Positions 16,910 to 24,908 of a stretch of DNA of 24,908 bases are shown here, piece after piece. The first letter of the stretch is position 1, and each line of letters starts with the position of its first letter. The notes under the pieces are model-generated. The model did no database searches, was not told the DNA's origin, and worked only from the letters and a program-made list of their open reading frames with translations. A program made the translations under genes and the position numbers. Origin of the DNA: an uncultured Nitrososphaeria archaeon (GTDB taxonomy: Archaea; Thermoproteota; Nitrososphaeria_A; Caldarchaeales; Wolframiiraptoraceae); contig CAZAVQ010000001.1 in the NCBI GenBank assembly GCA_964488635.1, forward strand, positions 1 to 24,908. The letters run 5' to 3'.

Positions 16910-17850
16910 TCCCCATCAACCTCTTTCACTATTTTCGCGATAAAGAACCCCTCAGCCCAATTATCGTAAGGCATAATCCTAAAAGCTTTTTCTAGGTCTT
17001 GGTTGAGTCGTCTCCCGCCCCATTCCACGACGCCCTTCCTAAACCTCAGTGACGGCAGGTGGATTCTCCCTAAGCGCGCGTTTTTGCGATTGTTGAGAAG
17101 CCTATCCACAACGAATTCATTTTCCTCTACCGTAAGCGTGCAGGTAGAATATACCAGAACCCCACCGGGCTTCAGGCAGTCGAACCCCGCCTCGAGTAAT
17201 TGGTATTGGATTTTGCTCAACCGCTGCACGAGATTTGAGGACCATGATTTAGCTATTCCCCAGTCTTTACTGATAATTCCTAGGGAGCTACATGGGACGT
17301 CGACTAACACTTTATCGAAAAAATTCCTCGCGAACTTCGGGTATTTTCTTCCATCGGTCAAGGTTATCACGCAGTTCATTACGCCAAATCTCTGGAGATT
17401 AGAAGATAGAGCTTTAATTCTCTCGTGGTTCACGTCGTTGGCGACGATTACCCCCCTTCCCTCAAGAAGTTGGGCTATTTGAGTACTCTTACTCCCAGGC
17501 GCGGCGCATAAATCTAACACCAGTTCACCCGGCTTCGGGTCCAGTACCTCGACCGGGGCCATTGAAACGGGTCCTTGAAGGTATATGAGGCCTAACATGT
17601 GTTCTAGGGTTTTACCTAATTCGCCGGCTTCCTTAAGGACGTAACCGTATCTCGCCCACGGGATTTTCTCGAATACGAACCCCTTCCGTTTCAACCTTTT
17701 CAAAACATTTTCCTCAGATGATTTGATTGTGTTCACCCTGAAGCCTTCTGGAAGCGAGCGTTCACAGGATTCTAGGAATAGTTCTAACTCCAAATCGGGT
17801 ATTTTGTTCAGATAATCCCTTAGATCGTCGCTCATCATCAGCCGGCTCAT
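16906..17850 (-). CDS. NOL1/NOP2/Sun (RsmF/YebU-like) RNA m5C methyltransferase
   Basis: 'RVNTIK', 'DLCAAPGSKST', 'DVPCSSLG', 'YSTCT...ENE', 'EGFFIAKI'. Confidence 0.9.
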   Translation of the reverse strand: MSRLMMSDDLRDYLNKIPDLELELFLESCERSLPEGFRVNTIKSSEENVLKRLKRKGFVFEKIPWARYGYVLKEAGELGKTLEHMLGLIYLQGPVSMAPVEVLDPKPGELVLDLCAAPGSKSTQIAQLLEGRGVIVANDVNHERIKALSSNLQRFGVMNCVITLTDGRKYPKFARNFFDKVLVDVPCSSLGIISKDWGIAKSWSSNLVQRLSKIQYQLLEAGFDCLKPGGVLVYSTCTLTVEENEFVVDRLLNNRKNARLGRIHLPSLRFRKGVVEWGGRRLNQDLEKAFRIMPYDNWAEGFFIAKIVKEVDGE

Positions 17851-17924
17851 CTAAATCTTCGAGAGTATTGGCCATGCGGCGACTTGAATACTTACCCCTT
17901 TCCCGATCTTTTATGAGAGTATTA

Positions 17925-17933
17925 TTTTTATAA
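17925..17933 (+). promoter_or_regulatory. TATA box (TTTTTATAA) of the EVE gene
   Basis: AT-rich TATA-like element about 20-27 nt upstream of ATG 17952. Confidence 0.5.
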
Positions 17934-17951
17934 GTAAATTCTAGGACGATA

Positions 17952-18440
17952 ATGAGTATGGAGAATTACTGGGTATTCATCGTGAAAGATCACGTCCACA
18001 TGGGTAAGATCATCCCAGCCCGCGAAGTCCTAGCGAACAGGGTCGCCAATAAATTTTGGTCACTAAGCGCCAAGGCCGCGAACCTCAGGCGATTGCAGAA
18101 AGGAGATCGCGTTCTTTTCTACGTTACGGAATCCACCGAGAGGGGATTCATGGGAAAGGGAGTTCTCGCAGGTCCGGCTCACCCGATGACCGACGAGCAG
18201 AGGTTCCACATAATCGGGTCACCCTCGATTAGCTTTGAATACGCAGTTGAGTTTGATGAAGCAGAAATGTGGCCATTCCTAATACCGTTAGATCAAATAA
18301 AGGATCGGATGCCGCTTCTCTTGGGAAGAAAGATGGCTGCCCGCGTTTTCAGGGGAAGTATAAGAAGGATTACTGAAAGAGATTACGAGGTCGTAATGGA
18401 ATTTTATGAAAAAATTTCCCGAGAAAAGGGACAGGGTTAA
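17952..18440 (+). CDS. EVE domain protein (PUA-like)
   Basis: 'NYWVF', 'W.L.....NLRRLQKGDRVLFY', 'GFMGKG' and C-terminal 'SIRRITERDYE' fit the EVE fold pattern. Confidence 0.8.
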   Translation: MSMENYWVFIVKDHVHMGKIIPAREVLANRVANKFWSLSAKAANLRRLQKGDRVLFYVTESTERGFMGKGVLAGPAHPMTDEQRFHIIGSPSISFEYAVEFDEAEMWPFLIPLDQIKDRMPLLLGRKMAARVFRGSIRRITERDYEVVMEFYEKISREKGQG

Positions 18441-18455
18441 ACTAATTTTTTACGT

Positions 18456-18857
18456 TTACAGATCGGTAAACTGTTTTTCCTCTCTTCTTATCTTCATGAA
18501 GTCTAGATTGGAGTTTCTTCTAATAACCTGCATAGGGCCGCTGGATTTCAAGATCTTTAACAGGAATTCGGCTTTTTCGATCGCCTTAATGGTCTTAGAG
18601 GGCTTCCTCGATTCAGATATGGATTCGGGTTCTTTCTCGCGATCCCTTGTTACCTCCTCTATAGTCAGTCCTACCGCCAGCACTTCCGCCAATCCCTTGT
18701 CCTCTAGAAACTTCGCATAGGAATACGAATATACCTTCTCCATACCGGTTTTGATGTCTTTAACTAGGGCGATCCCCCTCAGATGGTTGTAACGAATTAG
18801 CTCATGTAATTTGAAGCCTTGCGCAAGTGCCTCTAATTTCTCGAAGGGACTAATCAG
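18456..18857 (-). CDS. Hypothetical protein; start uncertain
   Basis: The ORF from ATG 18743 is open upstream to the stop at 18891-18893 and reads protein-like (LISPFEKLEALAQGFKLHELIRYNHLRGIALVKDIKTG). A CTG at 18857 follows AAGGGGGGATTAGGG. Confidence 0.5.
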   Translation of the reverse strand: MISPFEKLEALAQGFKLHELIRYNHLRGIALVKDIKTGMEKVYSYSYAKFLEDKGLAEVLAVGLTIEEVTRDREKEPESISESRKPSKTIKAIEKAEFLLKILKSSGPMQVIRRNSNLDFMKIRREEKQFTDL

Positions 18858-19145
18858 CCCTAATCCCCCCTTAACCGTTACTTCACGGCTTTAGGCCGGT
18901 CTATAGCGAAAACGCCGATAACTATGGGGAAAAGTTCCGATTAAGTGTTATCGATCCATTTTTAACAAAATTGCAAGAAAAATAACCTTACATTAAACAA
19001 AATAACCCAAAAGAATCCGCATGAAAAAAGGCGATCAACACGCACGCGAGATGGTCAAAAGCGCCTCCCACAATGATGAAGAAGAATAAATCCAGGAAGC
19101 TAACGCCGTTCTAATGGGATTAAGAACCCAACCCAGCTATAATAT

Positions 19146-19150
19146 AAAAA
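19146..19150 (-). terminator. T-tract immediately after tRNA-Asn
   Basis: The minus strand reads ...GGCGCA TTTTTATATT. Confidence 0.5.
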
Positions 19151-19152
19151 TG

Positions 19153-19237
19153 CGCCGGCGGGTGGATTCGAACCACCGACCCCCGGGTTTCTGCTTTGTT
19201 TAACAGCCCGGCGCTCCACCAACTGAGCTACGCCGGC
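19153..19237 (-). tRNA. tRNA-Asn(GTT) with a 12-nt intron at 37/38 (19189-19200)
   Basis: Minus strand: GCCGGCG acceptor, GCTC/GAGC D-stem, CCGGG/CCCGG anticodon stem, CT-GTT-A|AACAAAGCAGAA|A, GGTGG-TTCGAAT-CCACC, discriminator G. CCA is not encoded. Confidence 0.95.
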
Positions 19238-19370
19238 TTTCCGTGATTTGAATCCTGGAATAACCCCTTTTCTATCCTCTTTATATATTTCAGCTCAGCT
19301 AGGCTGCTTTCCCCCTCCTGAACGTCTGGATTTAACGTTATTTTGTGGCTGTTTTATTTAATGCGGGGGA

Positions 19371-20177
19371 ATGAGCGGGGAAGGGCTTAGGATTGTTGTC
19401 TTGATTAAGCAGGTTCCGGATATCGAGAAGGTGAGGTTCGACGTCGAGACGGGGAGAATTGATAGGAGCTCGGCTCCGGCTGAGACGAATCCCTTTGATT
19501 TACATGCCTTAGAGGCGGCGGTTCAGCTCAAGGAGAGAGTCGGCGGATCTATAACGGTTATAAGCATGGGGCCTAAGCAGGCGGAGTCCAGCCTCAGGGA
19601 TGCGTTGGCGCGGGGCGCGGATCGCGCGATACTCTTAACTGATAAGAGGTTCGCCGGGGCGGATACCATCGCGACCTCGCGGACCTTGGCCGCCGCGATT
19701 AGGAAGCTTGGGGGCTTTGATTTGATATTGTGTGGGGAGAAAACAGTTGACGGCGATACGGGTCAGGTGGGGCCTGAGGTCGCCGAGATCCTAGATATTC
19801 CTCACGTCGCCTACGTATCTGAGATTCGGGAGATCTCCAAGGACAAAATCGCGGTGGTCTCCGATATGGGGGACAAATATCTCTATGAGGTTAAGTTGCC
19901 GGCCCTCCTAACGGTTACGAGGGAACTTAATACTCCGAGGCTTCCGACCCTGAGAGATGTCTTGAAGGCGAGGAAGAAGCAGATAGAGCTTTGGAACGTC
20001 GATGACCTAACCGATTACGAGGACCCGGATAGATTCGGCATCAAGGGGTCGAAGACAATCGTGGTGAAAGTAGTCATACCCGGAGTTGAACATAGAAAGG
20101 GGGTAATATTCAGGGGAGAAGACGCCGCCGAGAAATTACTCAAGGTATTGGAAGAGGGGGGATTCGTGAAGCCATGA
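19371..20177 (+). CDS. etfB: Electron transfer flavoprotein subunit beta
   Basis: 'KQVPD', 'NPFD..ALEAA', 'SMGP', 'RGAD', 'GADTIAT', 'DGDTGQVGP'. Confidence 0.95.
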   Translation: MSGEGLRIVVLIKQVPDIEKVRFDVETGRIDRSSAPAETNPFDLHALEAAVQLKERVGGSITVISMGPKQAESSLRDALARGADRAILLTDKRFAGADTIATSRTLAAAIRKLGGFDLILCGEKTVDGDTGQVGPEVAEILDIPHVAYVSEIREISKDKIAVVSDMGDKYLYEVKLPALLTVTRELNTPRLPTLRDVLKARKKQIELWNVDDLTDYEDPDRFGIKGSKTIVVKVVIPGVEHRKGVIFRGEDAAEKLLKVLEEGGFVKP

Positions 20178-21163
20178 GCAGCGGAGTCCTCGTTTATGCC
20201 GAGACGGCGGATTCCAAGATACATCCGGTGTCATTTGAGCTATTAGGTAAGGCACGGGAGATCGCCGAGAAACTCGGACTCGAGGTCTGGAGCGTGATCA
20301 TCGGATCCGATGTTAAACAATATGCGAGGGAACTCATTTACTACGGCGCAGATAAAGTCTATGTTTACGATGATGAACTCCTAAAGGACTTCAACGTTCT
20401 AACGTACAAGGACGTCTTGGTGAGGCTTGTAAAAGAAACTAATCCGGAAATATTCCTCATAGGCGCCACACCCCTCGGCAGGAGTTTAGCCCCCAGAGTT
20501 GCCGCCGCCCTAGACACAGGATTAACGGCAGACTGCACAGATCTTCAGGTGGATGAAGAAGGAAACCTAATCCAGATTAGGCCGGCCTTTACAGGAAATA
20601 TCCTAGCGCATATAAAGACCGCGAGTAAGCCGATTATGTCAACTATTAGGTATAAGGTCATGCCGATTCCTAAGAGAGATGAGGGTAGGAAAGGGGAAAT
20701 CGTGATCAAGGAGCCCCCGGAGAAAATCGATGTGAGGATAAAAAGTCTCGGCAGAATCTCTAAGAGAACGGTAAACATAGCCGACGCCGAAATCATAGTA
20801 TCAGGCGGCAGAGGCTTGAAGAGTAAGGAGGATCTGAAAATGTTAGAGGAGCTGGCCAAGTTATTGGGAGGAGTGTTAGGGGTCAGCAGGCCGCTGGTTG
20901 ACGATGGATGGATCGCAAAGGATCATCAAGTAGGATTCAGCGGAAACACAGTTAAACCCAAGCTCTATATAGCGTGTGGAATCTCGGGCTCTCCGCAGCA
21001 TCTAGCAGGCATGAGGGACTCGCAGATAATAGTCGCCATAAACATAGATCCCTCAGCTCCCATATTCAGGCACGCGGATTACGGCGTAGTCGGAGATCTA
21101 TATGAGGTCGTGCCAAAACTTATTTCGATGATTAAGAAAATTAAGGGAGTGAGTGGGTCTTGA
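20174..21163 (+). CDS. etfA: Electron transfer flavoprotein subunit alpha
   Basis: 'GLTADCT', 'RPAFTGNI', 'VSGGRG', 'SRP.VD.GW', 'QVGFSG', 'GISGSPQH.AGM', 'AINID'. Confidence 0.95.
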   Translation: MSSGVLVYAETADSKIHPVSFELLGKAREIAEKLGLEVWSVIIGSDVKQYARELIYYGADKVYVYDDELLKDFNVLTYKDVLVRLVKETNPEIFLIGATPLGRSLAPRVAAALDTGLTADCTDLQVDEEGNLIQIRPAFTGNILAHIKTASKPIMSTIRYKVMPIPKRDEGRKGEIVIKEPPEKIDVRIKSLGRISKRTVNIADAEIIVSGGRGLKSKEDLKMLEELAKLLGGVLGVSRPLVDDGWIAKDHQVGFSGNTVKPKLYIACGISGSPQHLAGMRDSQIIVAINIDPSAPIFRHADYGVVGDLYEVVPKLISMIKKIKGVSGS

Positions 21164-22536
21164 GGGAAGAAATCCTTTCAGAACTCCGCTCAATCGTCGG
21201 AGACGACTGGGTCGTAACCGGTGAAGACAGAGTTCAAGGATACCTCTATGATGAAACACCTCCGCCCATGCTACCCGAGGCATCCAAGGACATAGTCGTA
21301 GTTAAGCCCGGGAATACAGAGGAGGTCTCGGAGATCATTAAGCTGGCGAATCGACATAAGATCCCGGTCTTTCCGAGAGGTGGAGGAACCGGGCTCGTCG
21401 GAGCTTGTGTTCCCACTTTAAGTGGGATAGTATTGTCCTTAGAGAGGATGAATAAAATCACGGTTGATAGGGAGAACCTAATCGCGGAAGCCGAAGCCGG
21501 GGCCACGCTCGCGGACCTCATAAAGGCCGCAGAAGATGCTGGGCTATTTTTCCCACTTCATCCCGGGGATGAAGGCGCGCAGATAGGCGGTTTATTGGCG
21601 TGTAACGCGGGAGGAGTCAGGGCGATAAAAACCGGGGTTATGAGGAACTATGTGAAAGGCATGGAGGTCGTCCTACCGACAGGCGAGATATTGACCCTAG
21701 GTGGGAAACTCGTGAAGAACAACGCCGGATACGATTTGATGCACCTCATAATTGGAAGCGAGGGAACCCTCGGCATCATAACCAAGGCGTGGATACGGCT
21801 CCAGCCAAAGGCCGCGGCCAGCGCGACTATAGTGATACCGTTTAGGGATCGGGAGACGGCGCTTAAGGCTGTTCCAGCGATATTCCACGAGGGAATCATA
21901 CCTCTTGCAATAGAGTATATGGAGAAGGATCTCTTAGAGAAAACCGCCAAACAACTTGGTTTGACATGGCCGTGTAAAGAGGGAGACCACCAACTCATGT
22001 TAATCCTCACAGAGACGAGTGAGTCAGCGCTCTACGATGAATGTGAGAAATTGATGAACCTCTGTGAGAAACTGGGATCGCTTGAACCATTGTTGGCCGA
22101 GAGTAGGGAAGAACAGGAGACGATACTAAAGATACGAAGCGAGATTTACTCCGCCCTAAGACCTAATCTAATAGACATCTTGGACACAACCGTCCCTCCA
22201 GCCCAACTCGTAGAACTCATAAAGGCCGCAGAAGAACTCGGCAAAAAATATAACACATATCTTCCAGTCTTCGGCCACGCCGGCGATGGAAACCTCCACA
22301 TACACATTATGAAGGAAGAGGGATGGACTGAGGAGGAGTACGATAGATTGAGGGATGAAATTTACCAAAAGGCCGTTGAACTCGGGGGAACGATAACGGG
22401 AGAACATGGGATCGGATATACCAGAAAGAAGAGCATAGAGAAATTCCTCGATAAAAAGGCCCTAGAACTCATGAAGGCCATAAAGCGCATATTCGATCCA
22501 AACAACATCCTAAATCCCGACAAAATATTCCCATGA
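21160..22536 (+). CDS. FAD-linked oxidase, D-lactate dehydrogenase / glycolate oxidase GlcD (LctD-like)
   Basis: 'RGGGTG', 'NAGG', 'GSEGTLG', 'HAGDGNLH', 'GEHGIG', 'FDPNNILNP'. TTG start overlaps the etfA stop. Confidence 0.9.
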   Translation: MREEILSELRSIVGDDWVVTGEDRVQGYLYDETPPPMLPEASKDIVVVKPGNTEEVSEIIKLANRHKIPVFPRGGGTGLVGACVPTLSGIVLSLERMNKITVDRENLIAEAEAGATLADLIKAAEDAGLFFPLHPGDEGAQIGGLLACNAGGVRAIKTGVMRNYVKGMEVVLPTGEILTLGGKLVKNNAGYDLMHLIIGSEGTLGIITKAWIRLQPKAAASATIVIPFRDRETALKAVPAIFHEGIIPLAIEYMEKDLLEKTAKQLGLTWPCKEGDHQLMLILTETSESALYDECEKLMNLCEKLGSLEPLLAESREEQETILKIRSEIYSALRPNLIDILDTTVPPAQLVELIKAAEELGKKYNTYLPVFGHAGDGNLHIHIMKEEGWTEEEYDRLRDEIYQKAVELGGTITGEHGIGYTRKKSIEKFLDKKALELMKAIKRIFDPNNILNPDKIFP

Positions 22537-22575
22537 AGATTATTTTAATCTCCAAATTTTTCAAATCATTGTAAG

Positions 22576-23649
22576 ATGCTCTTCATACTTTACACAACCG
22601 GGCGCTGCAACCTGAAATGCAGGTACTGCGGGGGAAGCTTTGACCCTCGAATCGTGCCATGGGATGTTAAGTATTCGCTGAGACTTTTAGAAGAGTTATT
22701 TAGAGAGGGAGATTCGATCGCATTTTACGGCGGTGAACCGCTTCTTAACGTGGACTTTATAAGAGATGTCATGGAGACGTTCGACGCCGCGCATTACATT
22801 ATTCAGACCAATGGCCTTCTCATTGATAAGCTAGATGATGAAATCTTGGAAAAGATGGATACGATCCTCCTATCGATCGACGGCCGGAAAAATCTCACGG
22901 ATAGGAATAGGGGTCTTGGAACATACGACGCCGTGATTAAGGGTGCAAAGCTGCTTCGCGCAAAGGGTTTCCGAGGAGACCTAGTCGCGAGAATGGCTGT
23001 AACCCAAGACTCCGACATCTATCTGGATGTTACTCATCTTCTAAACTTGGGTCTTTTCGATCACGTCCACTGGCAACTCAGCATGATCTGGGTGGGTAGG
23101 GAGGAGTGGAGTGACCTGTGGGGCTGGATAAACGAGTCATATAAACCCGGCCTCGAAAAACTTTTCCAGCTCTGGGTCAACGCTATGCGGGGTGGCTTAA
23201 TTAAGGGAATAGCTCCATTTCAAGGAGTCTTGAAGAGGATTATCTATGGAGGACCTTATCCACCATGTGGGTCGGGGGCCGATTCATTCACGATACTCAC
23301 GGATGGGAAAATCATCTCCTGTCCAATAGCGGTCGTCGAAAGCTGGTCAAGAATAGGGAGGCTCGGCGAAGTCGATAGGAGAGATCTAGAGAGATCTCTG
23401 CCTATAGTGGATGAGCCGTGCAAATCTTGCAGTTACTTGAAGGAATGTGGAACTCGCTGTCTCTACACGCATGTTGAGAGACTTTGGGGAGACGAGGGGA
23501 TGAAGGCCATTTGTGAGTGCTCAAGATATTTGATAGACCTCATTAAAAATGGATTAGAGTTAATCAGAGAAGCCTTAGAAGAAGGAGGACTCCGCATAGA
23601 CGAAGCCCTCTATCCGAAATACAATAACACGGTTGAGATTATCCCATAA
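22576..23649 (+). CDS. Radical SAM/SPASM protein, resembling TIGR04084 (AF0577 family)
   Basis: 'CNLKCRYC', 'FYGGEPLL', 'QTNG', 'SIDG', SPASM Cys 'PCGSG...CP' and 'CKSCSYLKECGTRC' (CxxCx5Cx3C), and C-terminal 'EIIP'. Confidence 0.85.
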   Translation: MLFILYTTGRCNLKCRYCGGSFDPRIVPWDVKYSLRLLEELFREGDSIAFYGGEPLLNVDFIRDVMETFDAAHYIIQTNGLLIDKLDDEILEKMDTILLSIDGRKNLTDRNRGLGTYDAVIKGAKLLRAKGFRGDLVARMAVTQDSDIYLDVTHLLNLGLFDHVHWQLSMIWVGREEWSDLWGWINESYKPGLEKLFQLWVNAMRGGLIKGIAPFQGVLKRIIYGGPYPPCGSGADSFTILTDGKIISCPIAVVESWSRIGRLGEVDRRDLERSLPIVDEPCKSCSYLKECGTRCLYTHVERLWGDEGMKAICECSRYLIDLIKNGLELIREALEEGGLRIDEALYPKYNNTVEIIP

Positions 23650-23756
23650 AGCCCTGAAAGAAGCCGAGATAATGGGCTCAAAATTTTTTAACGAGACGAG
23701 AAACCTAAAAATGCCGAAGCAAGGTCCTGAAATTAAGGACCAAATAGAGCCATGTG

Positions 23757-23853
23757 GGGCCCGTAGCTCAGCCTGGTCGGAGCGCCCGGCTGATAGTTGA
23801 AGGGTAATCGATCAGACACCGGGAGGTCGTGGGTTCGAATCCCACCGGGCCCA
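23757..23853 (+). tRNA. tRNA-Ile(GAT) with a 22-nt intron at 37/38 (23796-23817), canonical BHB
   Basis: GGGCCCG acceptor, CCCGG/CCGGG stem, CT-GAT-A|GTTGAAGGGTAATCGATCAGAC|A. BHB helix CUGA/UCAG with 3-nt bulges and a UUGA/UCGA intron stem. Discriminator A; CCA is not encoded. Confidence 0.96.
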
Positions 23854-23865
23854 TCAACACGATTT

Positions 23866-24831
23866 TTATGATGGTTGGGAGGGGCAGATTACGGGTTCTG
23901 CTTTTAGGACTTCGCTGGAATCTATTATCGACGGCAGGGGCCACATCATCAGCGCCTCATAACTCAGGTTCATCGGCTTCTCCACTTCTCCCGATCCGCC
24001 TAACAATAATTCCAGCAGGCTGGGTTTCTGGGGTTTAATCCACTTCGCAGGAGCGGATTCTGGGAGACCTGCTAATCTCCTTGCTAGATCTATGGCGTCG
24101 CTCAGGGACCCGACTTTATCCACAAGTCCGAGTTCGAGGGCTTCGGTTCCGAGGTAGGGTCTTGCCGTTAGAATGGAGTCCCAATCCTTTATCCTATCTC
24201 CCCTCTGTTCTCTCACTCTCTCCTCAAAAGTCCTCGCTATCGAGTTGATTATTGATTGCATTACCTCCTTTTCTTCCTGCGTCATATCCCTCCAAGGACT
24301 ACCGATATCCTTCAGCCTACCACTCTTAAAGGTCTCCGCTTTTATTCCCAGCTTCTCCATCAGCTCCGCGTAGTTTATTATTATTGAGACCGCGCCGACG
24401 GAACCCGTGAAAGCATTCGGCGAGGCAACTATTCTATCGCTGGGAAGGGAAATGTAGTATCCGCCGGATGCCCCGTATTCCGCGATGTAGGCCACGACCA
24501 CCCGATCTTCTGCGAACTCCTTTATCATCTGGTAGATCTCCTCGGATGCGGCGGCGCTTCCACCAGGGCTATTTATCACGAGGACTACGGCTCTAGCCGA
24601 GGGATCTGCTTTAACCATCTTAATCAGGCTCTCGACCTTGCTAGGCGTCAGGGTCTCCCCGGAGAATATCGCTAATGGCGATTCCGAGTAGGAGATTGTT
24701 CCGGAGAGTTCTATTAAGGCCACGTGCTCGATCTCCCTAACCTCAACGGTTGAGAGAGACCAGACTGTCGCCGTAATCGCGATTCCTATACAGACTCCGA
24801 CGATGAGCCAGATCCACCACTTAATGGCCAT
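23866..24831 (-). CDS. sppA: Signal peptide peptidase SppA (S49)
   Basis: N-terminal transmembrane helix, 'INSPGGS', 'GASGGYY', 'GSVG', 'KSG..KD', 'LGLVD..G'. Confidence 0.92.
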   Translation of the reverse strand: MAIKWWIWLIVGVCIGIAITATVWSLSTVEVREIEHVALIELSGTISYSESPLAIFSGETLTPSKVESLIKMVKADPSARAVVLVINSPGGSAAASEEIYQMIKEFAEDRVVVAYIAEYGASGGYYISLPSDRIVASPNAFTGSVGAVSIIINYAELMEKLGIKAETFKSGRLKDIGSPWRDMTQEEKEVMQSIINSIARTFEERVREQRGDRIKDWDSILTARPYLGTEALELGLVDKVGSLSDAIDLARRLAGLPESAPAKWIKPQKPSLLELLLGGSGEVEKPMNLSYEALMMWPLPSIIDSSEVLKAEPVICPSQPS

Positions 24832-24908
24832 AGCTCAGAGGGATATGAACCGCTCCGACTAATTAAGAGTTTATTTCCGCCTCTAGGCCGGACTACCTCC
24901 TTTGAGAT

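Noticed and set aside
17874-17888. ATGCGGCG...GAA as a possible attL/attR copy of the tRNA-Asn 3' end
   Set aside because: Only a short, gapped resemblance, and no integrase is present.
19073-19079. ATGATGA box C motif suggesting a C/D sRNA
   Set aside because: No CTGA box D downstream before the tRNA.
19021-19089. 22-codon ORF MKKGDQHAREMVKSASHNDEEE
   Set aside because: Too short, with no SD element or motif; it cannot be supported without expression data.
23672-23800. 42-codon ORF after the radical SAM gene as a candidate precursor peptide
   Set aside because: It runs into the tRNA-Ile gene, whose sequence dictates its C-terminal part.
1-24908. CRISPR arrays, IS elements, inteins in the polymerases, rRNA
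   Set aside because: No regularly spaced repeats, transposase or integrase ORFs, intein insertions or rRNA-like sequence were seen.

Overview
Gene-dense window from an archaeal chromosome of the TACK group. The basis is a crenarchaeal/thaumarchaeal-type PolB1 plus a PolB3, intron-bearing tRNAs without encoded CCA, TATA boxes about 25-30 nt before start codons, and a thaumarchaeal-like zinc-ribbon protein. It is mostly housekeeping. In order: ECF S-component + pantoate-kinase-like GHMP kinase, DHH/RecJ-like protein, DUF2148, PolB3, AbrB-PhoU regulator, MBL hydrolase, DapA-family aldolase, PolB1, an RNA m5C methyltransferase, agmatinase, a membrane glycosyltransferase fused to a glycosidase-like barrel, a TPR protein, a PUA-like protein with a second m5C methyltransferase, an EVE protein, an orphan ORF, tRNA-Asn, etfBA + D-lactate/glycolate dehydrogenase, a radical SAM/SPASM enzyme, tRNA-Ile and sppA. 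No CRISPR array, integrase or transposase was seen. The strongest oddities are: (1) a PolB3 with an intact polymerase site but a degenerate proofreading exonuclease and uracil pocket, 3 kb from a fully intact PolB1; (2) the GT-C/TIM-barrel fusion; (3) a divergent PoK-like kinase coupled to an ECF S component; (4) an Etf-Ldh module of the bifurcating type; (5) an EVE + orphan islet at the tRNA-Asn 3' end, facing an m5C methyltransferase. All family calls come from motif recognition by eye; no database searches were run.
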